This document shows, piece by piece, positions 33,893 to 43,052 of a stretch of DNA of 44,837 nucleotides. Location of the stretch: IMG/VR virus record IMGVR_UViG_3300025018_000230, positions 1-44,837 of that record; one strand, 5' to 3'. Below the pieces are notes generated by a model. The model saw nothing but the letters and a program-made list of their open reading frames with translations, searched no databases and was not told the origin of the DNA. The position numbers and the translations under genes were made by a program. Positions within the stretch are counted from its first letter, which is position 1, and the number at the start of each line of letters is the position of its first letter. The DNA is from a virus (lineage: Duplodnaviria; Caudoviricetes).

Positions 33893-34431
33893 TGGCTTTT
33901 GCACCGTTACTACTGCCTGCAATTGGCAGCTTCCTTACCAGCGCGGGTGGTATTGCCGCAGTTGCGTCTGCGGGTATTGGCGCAGTGACTGCGATTTCGC
34001 AGGGGAATTATCAGGCGGCGGTTGCAAAGAACAATGCCAGCCTGGCGGAACAACAAGCGCAACGGGAAAGCGCTGCTGCACAAAGCACGGCCATGCGCCT
34101 GTCGCAGGAAAATGCTGGGCGGGTTGGTGAGCTTACTGCGGCTCAATCGGCCTCTGGCCTGGACGTGGGCAGTCGATCCTTCGGTCAAGCGCGGGCATTG
34201 GAGACTCGGATTGGTGCGATGGAGGTGCGAGATACTGCGCGAGCTGGTGGCGATGCAGCGCAAGCCTCCATGCAGCAGGCGTCAAACTTCCGGGCGGAAG
34301 CAAGTAATGCGAGGACGCAAGGGCTGCTCGGAGCAGCTGGTAGCGCGCTTAGCCTTGGCGGTGCATTTGCTAAGAGCGGGCAAGGGCGTTCACTGGTCGG
34401 TCCCAGCAAACTTAAGAGAAGGTTCGGTTAA
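33892..34431 (+). CDS. Internal virion (ejection) protein, gp14-like
   Basis: Ala/Gly/Gln-rich with hydrophobic ends and an ASG.D.GS motif. Confidence 0.7.
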   Translation: MAFAPLLLPAIGSFLTSAGGIAAVASAGIGAVTAISQGNYQAAVAKNNASLAEQQAQRESAAAQSTAMRLSQENAGRVGELTAAQSASGLDVGSRSFGQARALETRIGAMEVRDTARAGGDAAQASMQQASNFRAEASNARTQGLLGAAGSALSLGGAFAKSGQGRSLVGPSKLKRRFG

Positions 34432-37115
34432 TGGAAGTTCGTAGAAACACAAGAACCAGTGCGCCAGCTGGTAGGCCTGTATTCGCTCAGGCCTCGGGCC
34501 AAATTGACACACGGCAGCTGCAACAGGGTATTGTTTCCTTGGCCGAGGGCATTGATACCGGACGCCGGGAGCATCAGCAGTTTGAACTGCAAAAACGGCT
34601 GCTGGAGGAAAGCAATAAAATCCAGGCGGAGTTTGAAGAACGTGCTCGCGATCCTGAGATGGACCCATTTACATTTTCGCAATCCGTGGACGCGGAATAT
34701 ACGGATAGAGCCAACGCGGTCGTTGATGAATATCGCGGGCTTGGTTATGATAATGATCTTGTCAGCGACTTCATGCTCGGCATGGGGCGGGTGAGGAATG
34801 GTGTTACCGATCGTGCTACGACTGTGCAAACGCAAGCGTTGGCCTCTCGCGCGGTTAGTGAAGTTGGGCAGCTGGCCGATGAGGGTTCTCGGCAGATTGT
34901 ATCGAATGTGGATACGTATGAGGAAACGCTGGCGTTCGTTACCGACACGATCAAGCTGAATCCGCATCTCGGAGATAGTGAAAAGCTGGCCGCGGTTGAC
35001 GCCGCGAAGGAGCGGTTCCGGCAAGCGGGCGGGGAGGTGTTTGCAAAAACGCGGCCTGAAGATGTGTTTGCGCAGCTGGACCCTGCGGGGGCGTTTCGTT
35101 CTGCGCGGGCAGTGGCTGCGACAAGTGCGGTCGGCGGCACTGTTGCCGCTGAAGGTGACCGGAAGGAAGTGGCAGATGTGCTAGCCAAGGGCGGGTTGCC
35201 TTCTCATGTTGTTGCGGGGTTCCTCGGTAACTTCGATGTAGAAGGTGGCTACGGCGATGCTCTTGGCGACGGGGGAACTGCTAGCGGTATCGCGCAATGG
35301 CGACATGAGCGGCGTGAGAATTTCAAGAAACAGTTCGGTAAGGAGCCGCATCAGGCGACCAAGGCCGAACAAGCTGAGTTCGTGCTTTGGGAAATGAATA
35401 ATCCGGGTGCGGCAGGCATGACTGCGAAGCAGCGGGATGCGATCCTTGGGGCAACCAATGCACAGGAAGCTGCGGAGCTTATTGACAAGCATTATGAGCG
35501 CTCCAGCGGAGCACATCGTTCCAAGCGCGTGGAAGCTGCGGCAAAGTATATAACGACTGATCTTGCAGGTGCGCGAGAACGGTTGCCTGCGGCCGGTGAT
35601 GTTGTTGCGGTAGACCTGCCGCCAAGTAATGTAACGCCCGGCTACAATGCGAGAGAAGCAAACGCAACAACCGGCTCCGATAGCGAACCGCCAACCCCTG
35701 CCGCTGAACTTCACCCCGTCCTTCGCGACTTGACCGGCGAAGAGCGAATGCGAGTACTCGGCATGGCGGATAATGAGTTACGTCAGCAGACCGCTAACGC
35801 CAAGGCAGAAATGGACCTGCGGCTGCAGAACATTGAAGCGCAGATTGAAAGTGACGGAGGAAGAGTAACGCTTCCATTTCCCACGCTTGAAGAACTCACG
35901 CCGCTTTACGGTGACATAGCCGCGGGCCAGATCCTGGCAAAAGTTGAAACGCTGCAACAGCGCGCCATATTCATGCAGGATTGGGAAACCTCTAGCGTCG
36001 CTAGCATTGACGCGGAGATTGAAAAGCTAAAGCCTTCGCAAGACGATCCGGCGCTGGCCGTGAAACAGAAAATTTATGAGCAGGCGAAACAGGTTCGTGA
36101 GGACCTTATTAAAAAACGTTTGGAGGACCCTGCCGCTTACGCAGCTGCAGTGAACCCTGGAATACAAAAAGCCGTGGAAACTGGCGATCCGTTCCTATAC
36201 TACGCTACGCAGCGTAAGACGCAAGAAGCCCTCGGCATACCCGCAAGCCAGCGCAACCCCTGGCCGGAAGAATACATCGAGGAGCAGAAGAAATCCTATT
36301 CCCGTCTGACCGCGCCACAGCGTAGTGACTGGATGATGCGTCATCTTAGTGGGGCTACTGCGGATGAGTTCGGTAACTTCATGGCGTCCTTTGAGGGCAC
36401 AGATGCTTATGATGACGGGCTTATCGCAGACCTGCTTTACCGCACAAGGCCACAAAGCGAGATGAAGCGGTTGCTTCCGCTTATCTTGCAGGGCGCCGGT
36501 GTTTTTCGAGAGGACCCTTCACGGCGTCCTTCGCGAGAAAAAACCATCGGGGCATTTCAAACCACGCTGCTTTCCGCGTTTAAGAACACTAGCGCAAATT
36601 TCAGTCGGTCTGTGCGGTATGCTGCTGATGCACTTTACGTTGCGCGAGGCGGTGATCCAGTTACGGTGAACGCAAACCTGTATAAGGAAAGCCTGCGGGA
36701 AGCGGTAGGCGGAAAGTTCAATGACCCGAATACCGGCTGGGCGAATTACAAAAAGAACGGGGTGCCTGATCTTACCATCTTACCTCCGCGTGTTACGCGT
36801 AATCAGTTTGATAACTGGCTTGGTGGGCTCACTACAGCAGAACTTAGCGCGTTGTCACTTAACGGCGCGCCTGTGTATGCAACGGGTGAAGCGGTTAAGG
36901 CTCGCGATGTCGTAGACGAGGGTGTTCTCGTGCTGGTAGAACCGAATGTCTATACAGTTAAATTTCGGCAGTCTGGTAATTTAACTGAAGGTGCTTATGG
37001 TGCTGATGGACGGCCATTGCGCCTTCGTATTCTTCCGCGCACTGTGGTGCAGGGCAGAGCGCCAGCCACTCGGCGTCAGATAACCCTCCCCCAGATTAGA
37101 GGACCGAAAATATAA
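34431..37115 (+). CDS. Internal virion protein with phage tail lysozyme (Phage_lysozyme2-like) domain
   Basis: AGFLGNFDVE...G.A.GIAQW...R...Q..FV..E...AA......YER motif in a long helical protein. Confidence 0.8.
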   Translation: MEVRRNTRTSAPAGRPVFAQASGQIDTRQLQQGIVSLAEGIDTGRREHQQFELQKRLLEESNKIQAEFEERARDPEMDPFTFSQSVDAEYTDRANAVVDEYRGLGYDNDLVSDFMLGMGRVRNGVTDRATTVQTQALASRAVSEVGQLADEGSRQIVSNVDTYEETLAFVTDTIKLNPHLGDSEKLAAVDAAKERFRQAGGEVFAKTRPEDVFAQLDPAGAFRSARAVAATSAVGGTVAAEGDRKEVADVLAKGGLPSHVVAGFLGNFDVEGGYGDALGDGGTASGIAQWRHERRENFKKQFGKEPHQATKAEQAEFVLWEMNNPGAAGMTAKQRDAILGATNAQEAAELIDKHYERSSGAHRSKRVEAAAKYITTDLAGARERLPAAGDVVAVDLPPSNVTPGYNAREANATTGSDSEPPTPAAELHPVLRDLTGEERMRVLGMADNELRQQTANAKAEMDLRLQNIEAQIESDGGRVTLPFPTLEELTPLYGDIAAGQILAKVETLQQRAIFMQDWETSSVASIDAEIEKLKPSQDDPALAVKQKIYEQAKQVREDLIKKRLEDPAAYAAAVNPGIQKAVETGDPFLYYATQRKTQEALGIPASQRNPWPEEYIEEQKKSYSRLTAPQRSDWMMRHLSGATADEFGNFMASFEGTDAYDDGLIADLLYRTRPQSEMKRLLPLILQGAGVFREDPSRRPSREKTIGAFQTTLLSAFKNTSANFSRSVRYAADALYVARGGDPVTVNANLYKESLREAVGGKFNDPNTGWANYKKNGVPDLTILPPRVTRNQFDNWLGGLTTAELSALSLNGAPVYATGEAVKARDVVDEGVLVLVEPNVYTVKFRQSGNLTEGAYGADGRPLRLRILPRTVVQGRAPATRRQITLPQIRGPKI

Positions 37116-38887
37116 TGGGCCTTTTTGACTCAGGTAACACGCAGGAAATCCTACCCGCTGTCGGTAAACCTTCGGGTTTCTTTGAGGGCATAGCGCAGGG
37201 ATATGAGCAGCAGTACCGCGTGGACTCACCTTATTCACTTGAAGCGGAAGTGGTGGATGCGTGGAAAGAAACTATTGACCTGTATCGGGAGCGGACCGGA
37301 GAACAGCCCGGCTTTGCTATGGACATGGCTGCGCTTAACAGTTACGCACGGACGCTGCAGGGCGAAGATATTTCTGTCTTTCAGCAAGGGATTGGTGGTG
37401 GTGTTCCGAAGGAACTGCAGGAGAATATCTCCAAATTCCAGGCGTTTAACGAGGCGCTGAAAGCCTCCGGCGATCCTGACTTCAAATCGTTTGAACAGGT
37501 GCTGGAAGAAGTCTTTGCGATGCAGCAGGATGTCGAAGAACAGTCTGCGCTGCTCGGAGAAACCGGCGGCGTGTCTGGCGCTATCGGACAATTTATTGGC
37601 GCTACTGCGGGCACGTTGACGACACGAGATCCGCTGACGCTTGGCACACTGGGCCTTGGTGGGATTGGTAAGACGGTGCTGGCACGAGTTGCTTCTTCAG
37701 GTGCAGTGTCTGGTGGACTTACTGCCGTTACGGAACTCGGCGCAGTGCAAGCTAACCGGGAACTGGCGGGACTGCAGGAACGCGATCCCTTCTTCGACAT
37801 CGCTGTAGCAGCCGCAGCCGGTGGTGTGTTTCAGGGTGCGGAGGAGCTGGTGTCGCGTTTGTTGCGTGGCAGGGCTGCGCGTAGAGCGGAAGCAGAACGA
37901 CCAGCGCCCGACCTTTCCGGCGATCTGCAAGACCCGCGCCTTCGTGCAGCGCGCCATATCTTCGAAATGGAAGAAGTGGTTATTAAGAAATCTCCGTATG
38001 GCGAGGGTCGGAAGGGACTGCGCCGCTTTACAGCGGAACTAGAAGAAGTGCAGGGCATCTTTGCGGGTAAGACTGATACGGCTGTGGCGCGTGTGCTGCC
38101 ACCCATTCCTTACGAGGAACTCAAGAAGGCTGCTGATTTCGACATTGTTAGTGAAATTGAGCCGGTGATTTATGCCCGGCTGGAAGCTGCGCAGGTGCGG
38201 TTGGAAGAAGCGCGGGGACAGTTCGATGAACTGGAAAATACCATGCCGACTGTTGAGGATGCGATTGACTCAATCGACCCTGATACCGGAACGGTGGTGC
38301 GTTCGCTGCTGGATGATTTGGACCAACCGGGCCTGACCACGCAACGGCGACAGGAAATTGAAGGGCGCTTGGCGCGCATAACGGAAACGCTGGATGAGGC
38401 GGTTATTGACAAACGCCTGAATGATATTCAAATTGGCCCGAAGAAGCAGCTGCAATTTCAGCGCAAGTCAATTCGCGCTGCGAATAAGGAATATAAGAAA
38501 GCGTATGCGGAGGTGGAAGCTGTTCGTGCCCGTATCGTGCGGGAGCAGGAGCAGACGGAAATTGTGCAACAAGCGCTGTTTGCACAGGACCTGGCCAAGA
38601 CTGTCGTGGCTGGTCGGGCACCTGTGCAGATGGCGCGGGTTAGTGGGGATGCGGCGGAGGCCATAGCGCTGCGGCTTGAGGGTCTGGAAAGCGATGTTGA
38701 GGCTGTGGCGACCATAGGGCGGTTTGATGAAAGCGCGACTGACATTGACATAGGGCTAGAAGAACCTGTCAGCCTGGACATGCAATACATTGACACAGAT
38801 GGAAACACCCGCTCCGTGCGCGATATAATGAAAGAGCTTCAAGAGGACCAACGTCTGGATGAAGCTATGAGGAGTTGCTTGCTATGA
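37115..38887 (+). CDS. Internal virion protein
   Basis: 590 aa with a Gly/Ala hydrophobic segment and coiled coil; synteny. Confidence 0.65.
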   Translation: MGLFDSGNTQEILPAVGKPSGFFEGIAQGYEQQYRVDSPYSLEAEVVDAWKETIDLYRERTGEQPGFAMDMAALNSYARTLQGEDISVFQQGIGGGVPKELQENISKFQAFNEALKASGDPDFKSFEQVLEEVFAMQQDVEEQSALLGETGGVSGAIGQFIGATAGTLTTRDPLTLGTLGLGGIGKTVLARVASSGAVSGGLTAVTELGAVQANRELAGLQERDPFFDIAVAAAAGGVFQGAEELVSRLLRGRAARRAEAERPAPDLSGDLQDPRLRAARHIFEMEEVVIKKSPYGEGRKGLRRFTAELEEVQGIFAGKTDTAVARVLPPIPYEELKKAADFDIVSEIEPVIYARLEAAQVRLEEARGQFDELENTMPTVEDAIDSIDPDTGTVVRSLLDDLDQPGLTTQRRQEIEGRLARITETLDEAVIDKRLNDIQIGPKKQLQFQRKSIRAANKEYKKAYAEVEAVRARIVREQEQTEIVQQALFAQDLAKTVVAGRAPVQMARVSGDAAEAIALRLEGLESDVEAVATIGRFDESATDIDIGLEEPVSLDMQYIDTDGNTRSVRDIMKELQEDQRLDEAMRSCLL

Positions 38888-41331
38888 GTTTCAAAGATTG
38901 CATTGATAGTGCGCTGCAAGTTGGGCGCGTTAGCGCGGACAGGGCGGAGAAGGCGAAAGCTGCTCATGACGCAGAGTTGGAAAAGGCGCGGCTGGAAGGT
39001 CTGGATGAAGCCACGGCGGAGCTTTCTGCGGCGAGGGCTGCAACGGAACAGCTCAGCACGGCCAATGCGACACGGCGCTGGCAGAAGTTAAAGGACATTC
39101 AAGCAGCTCATGTAATTACACAACGGCTGACGAAGGCTAAGGACCCTGTGCGGGAACTGGAAGCGTTGATGGAAAACGTCAACGATGATTATATGTTTGT
39201 GCAGTCAGTGGCCTTCTCCTATCTCGACAAGATGCTGCTGAAGTATAAACCGAGAGCGTTTCGTGGGTCACGGACTGACGGGCTGGATGATGTTGTCATG
39301 GCCAGCTTCGGACGCTCTGCTTCGCCGGAAGCAAAGGCCGATGCTGAAGCGCTCAAAGATATGTATGAGATGCTGCGGCAATGGGCTAACCGCCATGGAG
39401 CAACCATTCCGAAAAGTAAGGAGAATCACCTGCCACAGACGCATGATGCGGTGAGGGTATCGCGTGTGCAGGAATACACAATGAAGGACGGGACGAGGTC
39501 CAACGGTTGGGTTGACGATCACCTTCGCCCAGGCGTTATTGATTGGGACACGATGAAGCTTGACGGAAAACTTATCCCTGTTGAGGGTCGCCGCGATGCG
39601 CTGCTCAATATGTACGATGGCATTGTTGCTGACGGAAAGATGCGGGATAAGTATCTGGTGGAGGGTGGCGCTGCTGGTAACCTGGCCACGCGCCTTGGCC
39701 GAGATCGCTTTTTGCACTATGCAGGACCGGAGGCCTGGATTGAAATGCAGGGGAAGTATGGTGCAGGGAATTTATTCCAGCAAACGATCGGCATGGTCGA
39801 TCATATGTCTAAGGAAATTTCCATGCTTCGCACCTTCGGAACTTCACCGGGGTCCATGAAGGAATTTGCTGCGCGGTTATCGGAGAACCAAGCGGGCAAG
39901 AAAGCTGCGGCTGCGGGCAAGAATGTTCAAAGTGAGATCAAACGGGCGCAACGTGGGAAGCAGGTCTTCGAAGAAATGTTTGACATACACGATCGGAGGG
40001 TAACATCTGCTGACGGTAATTGGGCGGTGCAGGCAATTTCCGGTGCGCGAACAGTTGCGGTGGGTAGTAAGCTTGGCAGTGTACTAATCCCCTCTTTCTT
40101 CGGCGATCTCACAAACGCGAAGGTCATGAGCAAGTTGTATGGACTTCCATCTATGGGATTGACTCGGCGATATTTCGATGAAATCGGCGCTGGTCGCGTT
40201 GGCAAAGAAGATGCAATGAGCCTTGGTATTATCTTCGAAGATGCAATCGGGCTGGCGCAGTCACGGATGCGTTACTTCGGCGCGCTTGACGGGCCTCATG
40301 CGGCAAGGGTTTTCAGCGATCAGGTCTACCGCATTGGCCTGGCCTCGGCGCATACGCAAATTGCGCGTAATGCTACGGGGAAGCAGTTTCTAAACTTCCT
40401 GCACACGAGTAAGAAAACTAAATTCGACGATCATCCACTTGCGGCTGCAATGCTGGAAAGCGGGATTACGGAGAAGGACTGGAACTTGTTCCGGGCTACG
40501 CCTTCACGTGATGTTCGGGGCGGGAAGTTTCTTGCGCCTATTGACCTGATGAAGGGTGATCGGGATGCGCAAGCGGTTGCGGAGAAGTTTGGCAACCTAC
40601 TGCAAACGTATATCAGAACAGCTGTGCCAACACCTAACCTGCGATCGAGGCGCGCTGCTGGTGAAGCCATTGACCCAAACAGTGCGCTTGGGCAGATTAG
40701 CCGAACTATGCTCAGCCTGCTGTCCTTCCCAATTGCACTGCACTTCAACCAATTAAATCGCATTGCAAGGCTACCGCGAGTTCGAGATAAGCTAGCCTTT
40801 GGCGCCGCTTACGTAGGTTTCATGAGCGTGGCCGGTGCGTTTATTACGCAGGGAAAAGCGCTGGCCGCCGGACAGCAGCTTATGGATATGAGCCTGTTCG
40901 ACGAGGAGGGCAAATTAAACCTTGACTTTTACGGTCGGGCTGTTATAAATGGGGGTAGCATGGGGATACTAGGCGACCTAGTGATGAACAGTATCAATAT
41001 TAACAACAGCAGCTATAGGCCCGGCGATCCCACGACTGAGCTTGGTAAAGCATTGTTGAAAGTTACTGCTGATAATTTGATCGACGCTGCGCAAGGTCGG
41101 CCCACGGACATTCCCGCTGACGTTTACAACCTGGGCGATCAACTGGTGCCGAAGTTTTGGCATACGAAGGTGCTGCTGGAGCGAGCCATCTTGGACGATC
41201 TGGAACAGCAAGTAGACCCCGAGGGATACCGCCGTTCGCAGCAGTATCAGCAGGAACATAGCGAGGGCATGTGGTGGCCGAGTGAAGGTGCGCCAGAGGC
41301 GCTACGGCCTGAAACGGCGTTTGGGCAATGA
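38884..41331 (+). CDS. Large internal virion protein
   Basis: MSFKDCI start, LPQ.HD and R.LH...E.W..Y...G motifs of BPP-1/APSE-like ejection proteins. Confidence 0.7.
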   Translation: MSFKDCIDSALQVGRVSADRAEKAKAAHDAELEKARLEGLDEATAELSAARAATEQLSTANATRRWQKLKDIQAAHVITQRLTKAKDPVRELEALMENVNDDYMFVQSVAFSYLDKMLLKYKPRAFRGSRTDGLDDVVMASFGRSASPEAKADAEALKDMYEMLRQWANRHGATIPKSKENHLPQTHDAVRVSRVQEYTMKDGTRSNGWVDDHLRPGVIDWDTMKLDGKLIPVEGRRDALLNMYDGIVADGKMRDKYLVEGGAAGNLATRLGRDRFLHYAGPEAWIEMQGKYGAGNLFQQTIGMVDHMSKEISMLRTFGTSPGSMKEFAARLSENQAGKKAAAAGKNVQSEIKRAQRGKQVFEEMFDIHDRRVTSADGNWAVQAISGARTVAVGSKLGSVLIPSFFGDLTNAKVMSKLYGLPSMGLTRRYFDEIGAGRVGKEDAMSLGIIFEDAIGLAQSRMRYFGALDGPHAARVFSDQVYRIGLASAHTQIARNATGKQFLNFLHTSKKTKFDDHPLAAAMLESGITEKDWNLFRATPSRDVRGGKFLAPIDLMKGDRDAQAVAEKFGNLLQTYIRTAVPTPNLRSRRAAGEAIDPNSALGQISRTMLSLLSFPIALHFNQLNRIARLPRVRDKLAFGAAYVGFMSVAGAFITQGKALAAGQQLMDMSLFDEEGKLNLDFYGRAVINGGSMGILGDLVMNSININNSSYRPGDPTTELGKALLKVTADNLIDAAQGRPTDIPADVYNLGDQLVPKFWHTKVLLERAILDDLEQQVDPEGYRRSQQYQQEHSEGMWWPSEGAPEALRPETAFGQ

Positions 41332-41398
41332 TAGGAATGGGTATGGCTTGCCGACATGGGCGGCGGTATGGCTCTAAACTTACGGACGGGAAAGTAAG

Positions 41399-42682
41399 AT
41401 GACAGTTGGAACGACATTAAACATTGCCACGCTGCTGACCGATGGGGTGGCAACGGAGTTTCCGTATTCGTTCCTCGTGTTCGATAAGGAACATCTGCAG
41501 GTTATACTGCGCGACCTGGACGGTGAGATTGTCACAACCTACGCGCAGAATGAGTTTAGCGTTTCTGGCCTCGGCGAGAATAGCGGGTCGGTGCTGATCT
41601 CCCCTGCGCCAGCAGATGACCATGAGTTGCTCATTTATCGAATTGTGCCGGTAACTCAGGACACAGACATCGTGAACCAGGGCGGGTTCTTTCCTGAGGT
41701 AATCGAGCGGCAGCTTGACGAAATCGTCATGCAAAACCAACAGGCAGATGAGGTTCTCAGCCGGGCTATTGTCTCGGAGCTTGGCGATCCTTCCTATACG
41801 CTTGGGCGCTTGGAAGAAGGCGATGTTATACAGCTGACTGACGGGGAACTGGTAGGGATAACCACGACCGAGTTGGCAGCTCCTGCAGCGGCGTATGCGG
41901 CAGAGGCTGCAGGATATGTTACAGCATTGCTGACCTACACCTTCGGTTACATTGGCCTGGACGCGACTCCGCCGGATGGAGTAGGCGAAGGCGAGGGATT
42001 TGTTTATACAGTTGATGGGCGAGTCTACGGAGCGCTCAATGACGGTGGTGTGGCTGATGTTAAGTTTGAATTACTAACAGCAGCTCTTGCAGCAATAGGG
42101 GGTGCTGGCTCCGGCACGGTTACGAGTATCACCGGAAGCGGGGGAACCACTGGACTGACCTTAACCGGCGGACCTATCACGGCCAGCGGAACGTTGACGC
42201 TTGGCGGAACCTTGGCTGTTGCTAACGGGGGGACTGGTGCGGCCACAGCAGCAGCCGCTCGAACGGAGCTAGGTGCTGCGGCCAATGGCGCTAACACAGA
42301 CATAACCAGCCTTCGGGAAAGCGCAACTATAACCGCAGGCGGGACTGTTGCGGCAAGTTCAATTGGCTTCCGGGGGCTCCCCGCATCCACACAGGCCGTT
42401 GGTGCTGGCATAACACTGGCGCTGGCAGACAGTGGCCGCATGGTGCTGAATACCACCGGTGGCTGGACTATCCCTGCGAATAGCTCAGTAGCATTTCCCG
42501 TCGGGACAACCATAGCCCTGTATAATGACAGCGGCTCATCGCAGACTGTTTCCATAACCACGGACACACTTCGTCGCGCAGGAACTTCTGATACCGGCAG
42601 TCGAACAATTGCCCAGCGAGGGCTGGCTACTTTGTTGAAAGTTAAATCAACTGAATGGATTATTTCCGGAGCTGCTTCATGA
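41399..42682 (+). CDS. Tail fibre with T7 gp17-like N-terminal anchor
   Basis: DGVATEFPYSF...L.V...R....Q.......F.P..IE..LD...M..QQ; GTL.VANGGTGA..A..AR..LGAA..GANTDITSL fibre motif. Confidence 0.85.
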   Translation: MTVGTTLNIATLLTDGVATEFPYSFLVFDKEHLQVILRDLDGEIVTTYAQNEFSVSGLGENSGSVLISPAPADDHELLIYRIVPVTQDTDIVNQGGFFPEVIERQLDEIVMQNQQADEVLSRAIVSELGDPSYTLGRLEEGDVIQLTDGELVGITTTELAAPAAAYAAEAAGYVTALLTYTFGYIGLDATPPDGVGEGEGFVYTVDGRVYGALNDGGVADVKFELLTAALAAIGGAGSGTVTSITGSGGTTGLTLTGGPITASGTLTLGGTLAVANGGTGAATAAAARTELGAAANGANTDITSLRESATITAGGTVAASSIGFRGLPASTQAVGAGITLALADSGRMVLNTTGGWTIPANSSVAFPVGTTIALYNDSGSSQTVSITTDTLRRAGTSDTGSRTIAQRGLATLLKVKSTEWIISGAAS

Positions 42683-43041
42683 GTGGGGTGCTCAGCCTTT
42701 TGCCTGGGGTGGTTGGAGCTGGTGCTAGCCTTGCTGTCACTGCGAATAATGTTACTCGAGTAGAAACTGGCTTTGCTGGTTCCGGCCTGGTAACAACCAA
42801 TCAATCTCCAAATACCGTCGTCACAGGTGGAATCGCGCCATATACTTATGCGTGGGCTAGGGTGAGTGGTTCAACTGTTCCGGCGGTTAGTTCCGCTACT
42901 GTGGCTACTCCCTCTTGGTCTGGCGTTTGCGCTAGCGAGGTAGAAGAAGCTGCTGTGTGGCGAGTTACAGTTACCGATGCGGCCGCAGCGGAAGCAACAG
43001 CGGATATTACAATATCGCTTAATTGGTTTAATCTGGCGTAA
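42679..43041 (+). CDS. Small Ig/PKD-like tail-associated protein
   Basis: VTGG.APYTYAW...SG...TVTDA beta-sandwich pattern. Confidence 0.6.
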   Translation: MSGVLSLLPGVVGAGASLAVTANNVTRVETGFAGSGLVTTNQSPNTVVTGGIAPYTYAWARVSGSTVPAVSSATVATPSWSGVCASEVEEAAVWRVTVTDAAAAEATADITISLNWFNLA

Positions 43042-43052
43042 AGGACTAAAAC

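Noticed and set aside
42025-42804. 259-aa antisense ORF and other long antisense ORFs over structural genes
   Set aside because: These are shadow frames of GC-rich, Ala/Gly/Thr-rich sense genes, with no recognisable motifs.
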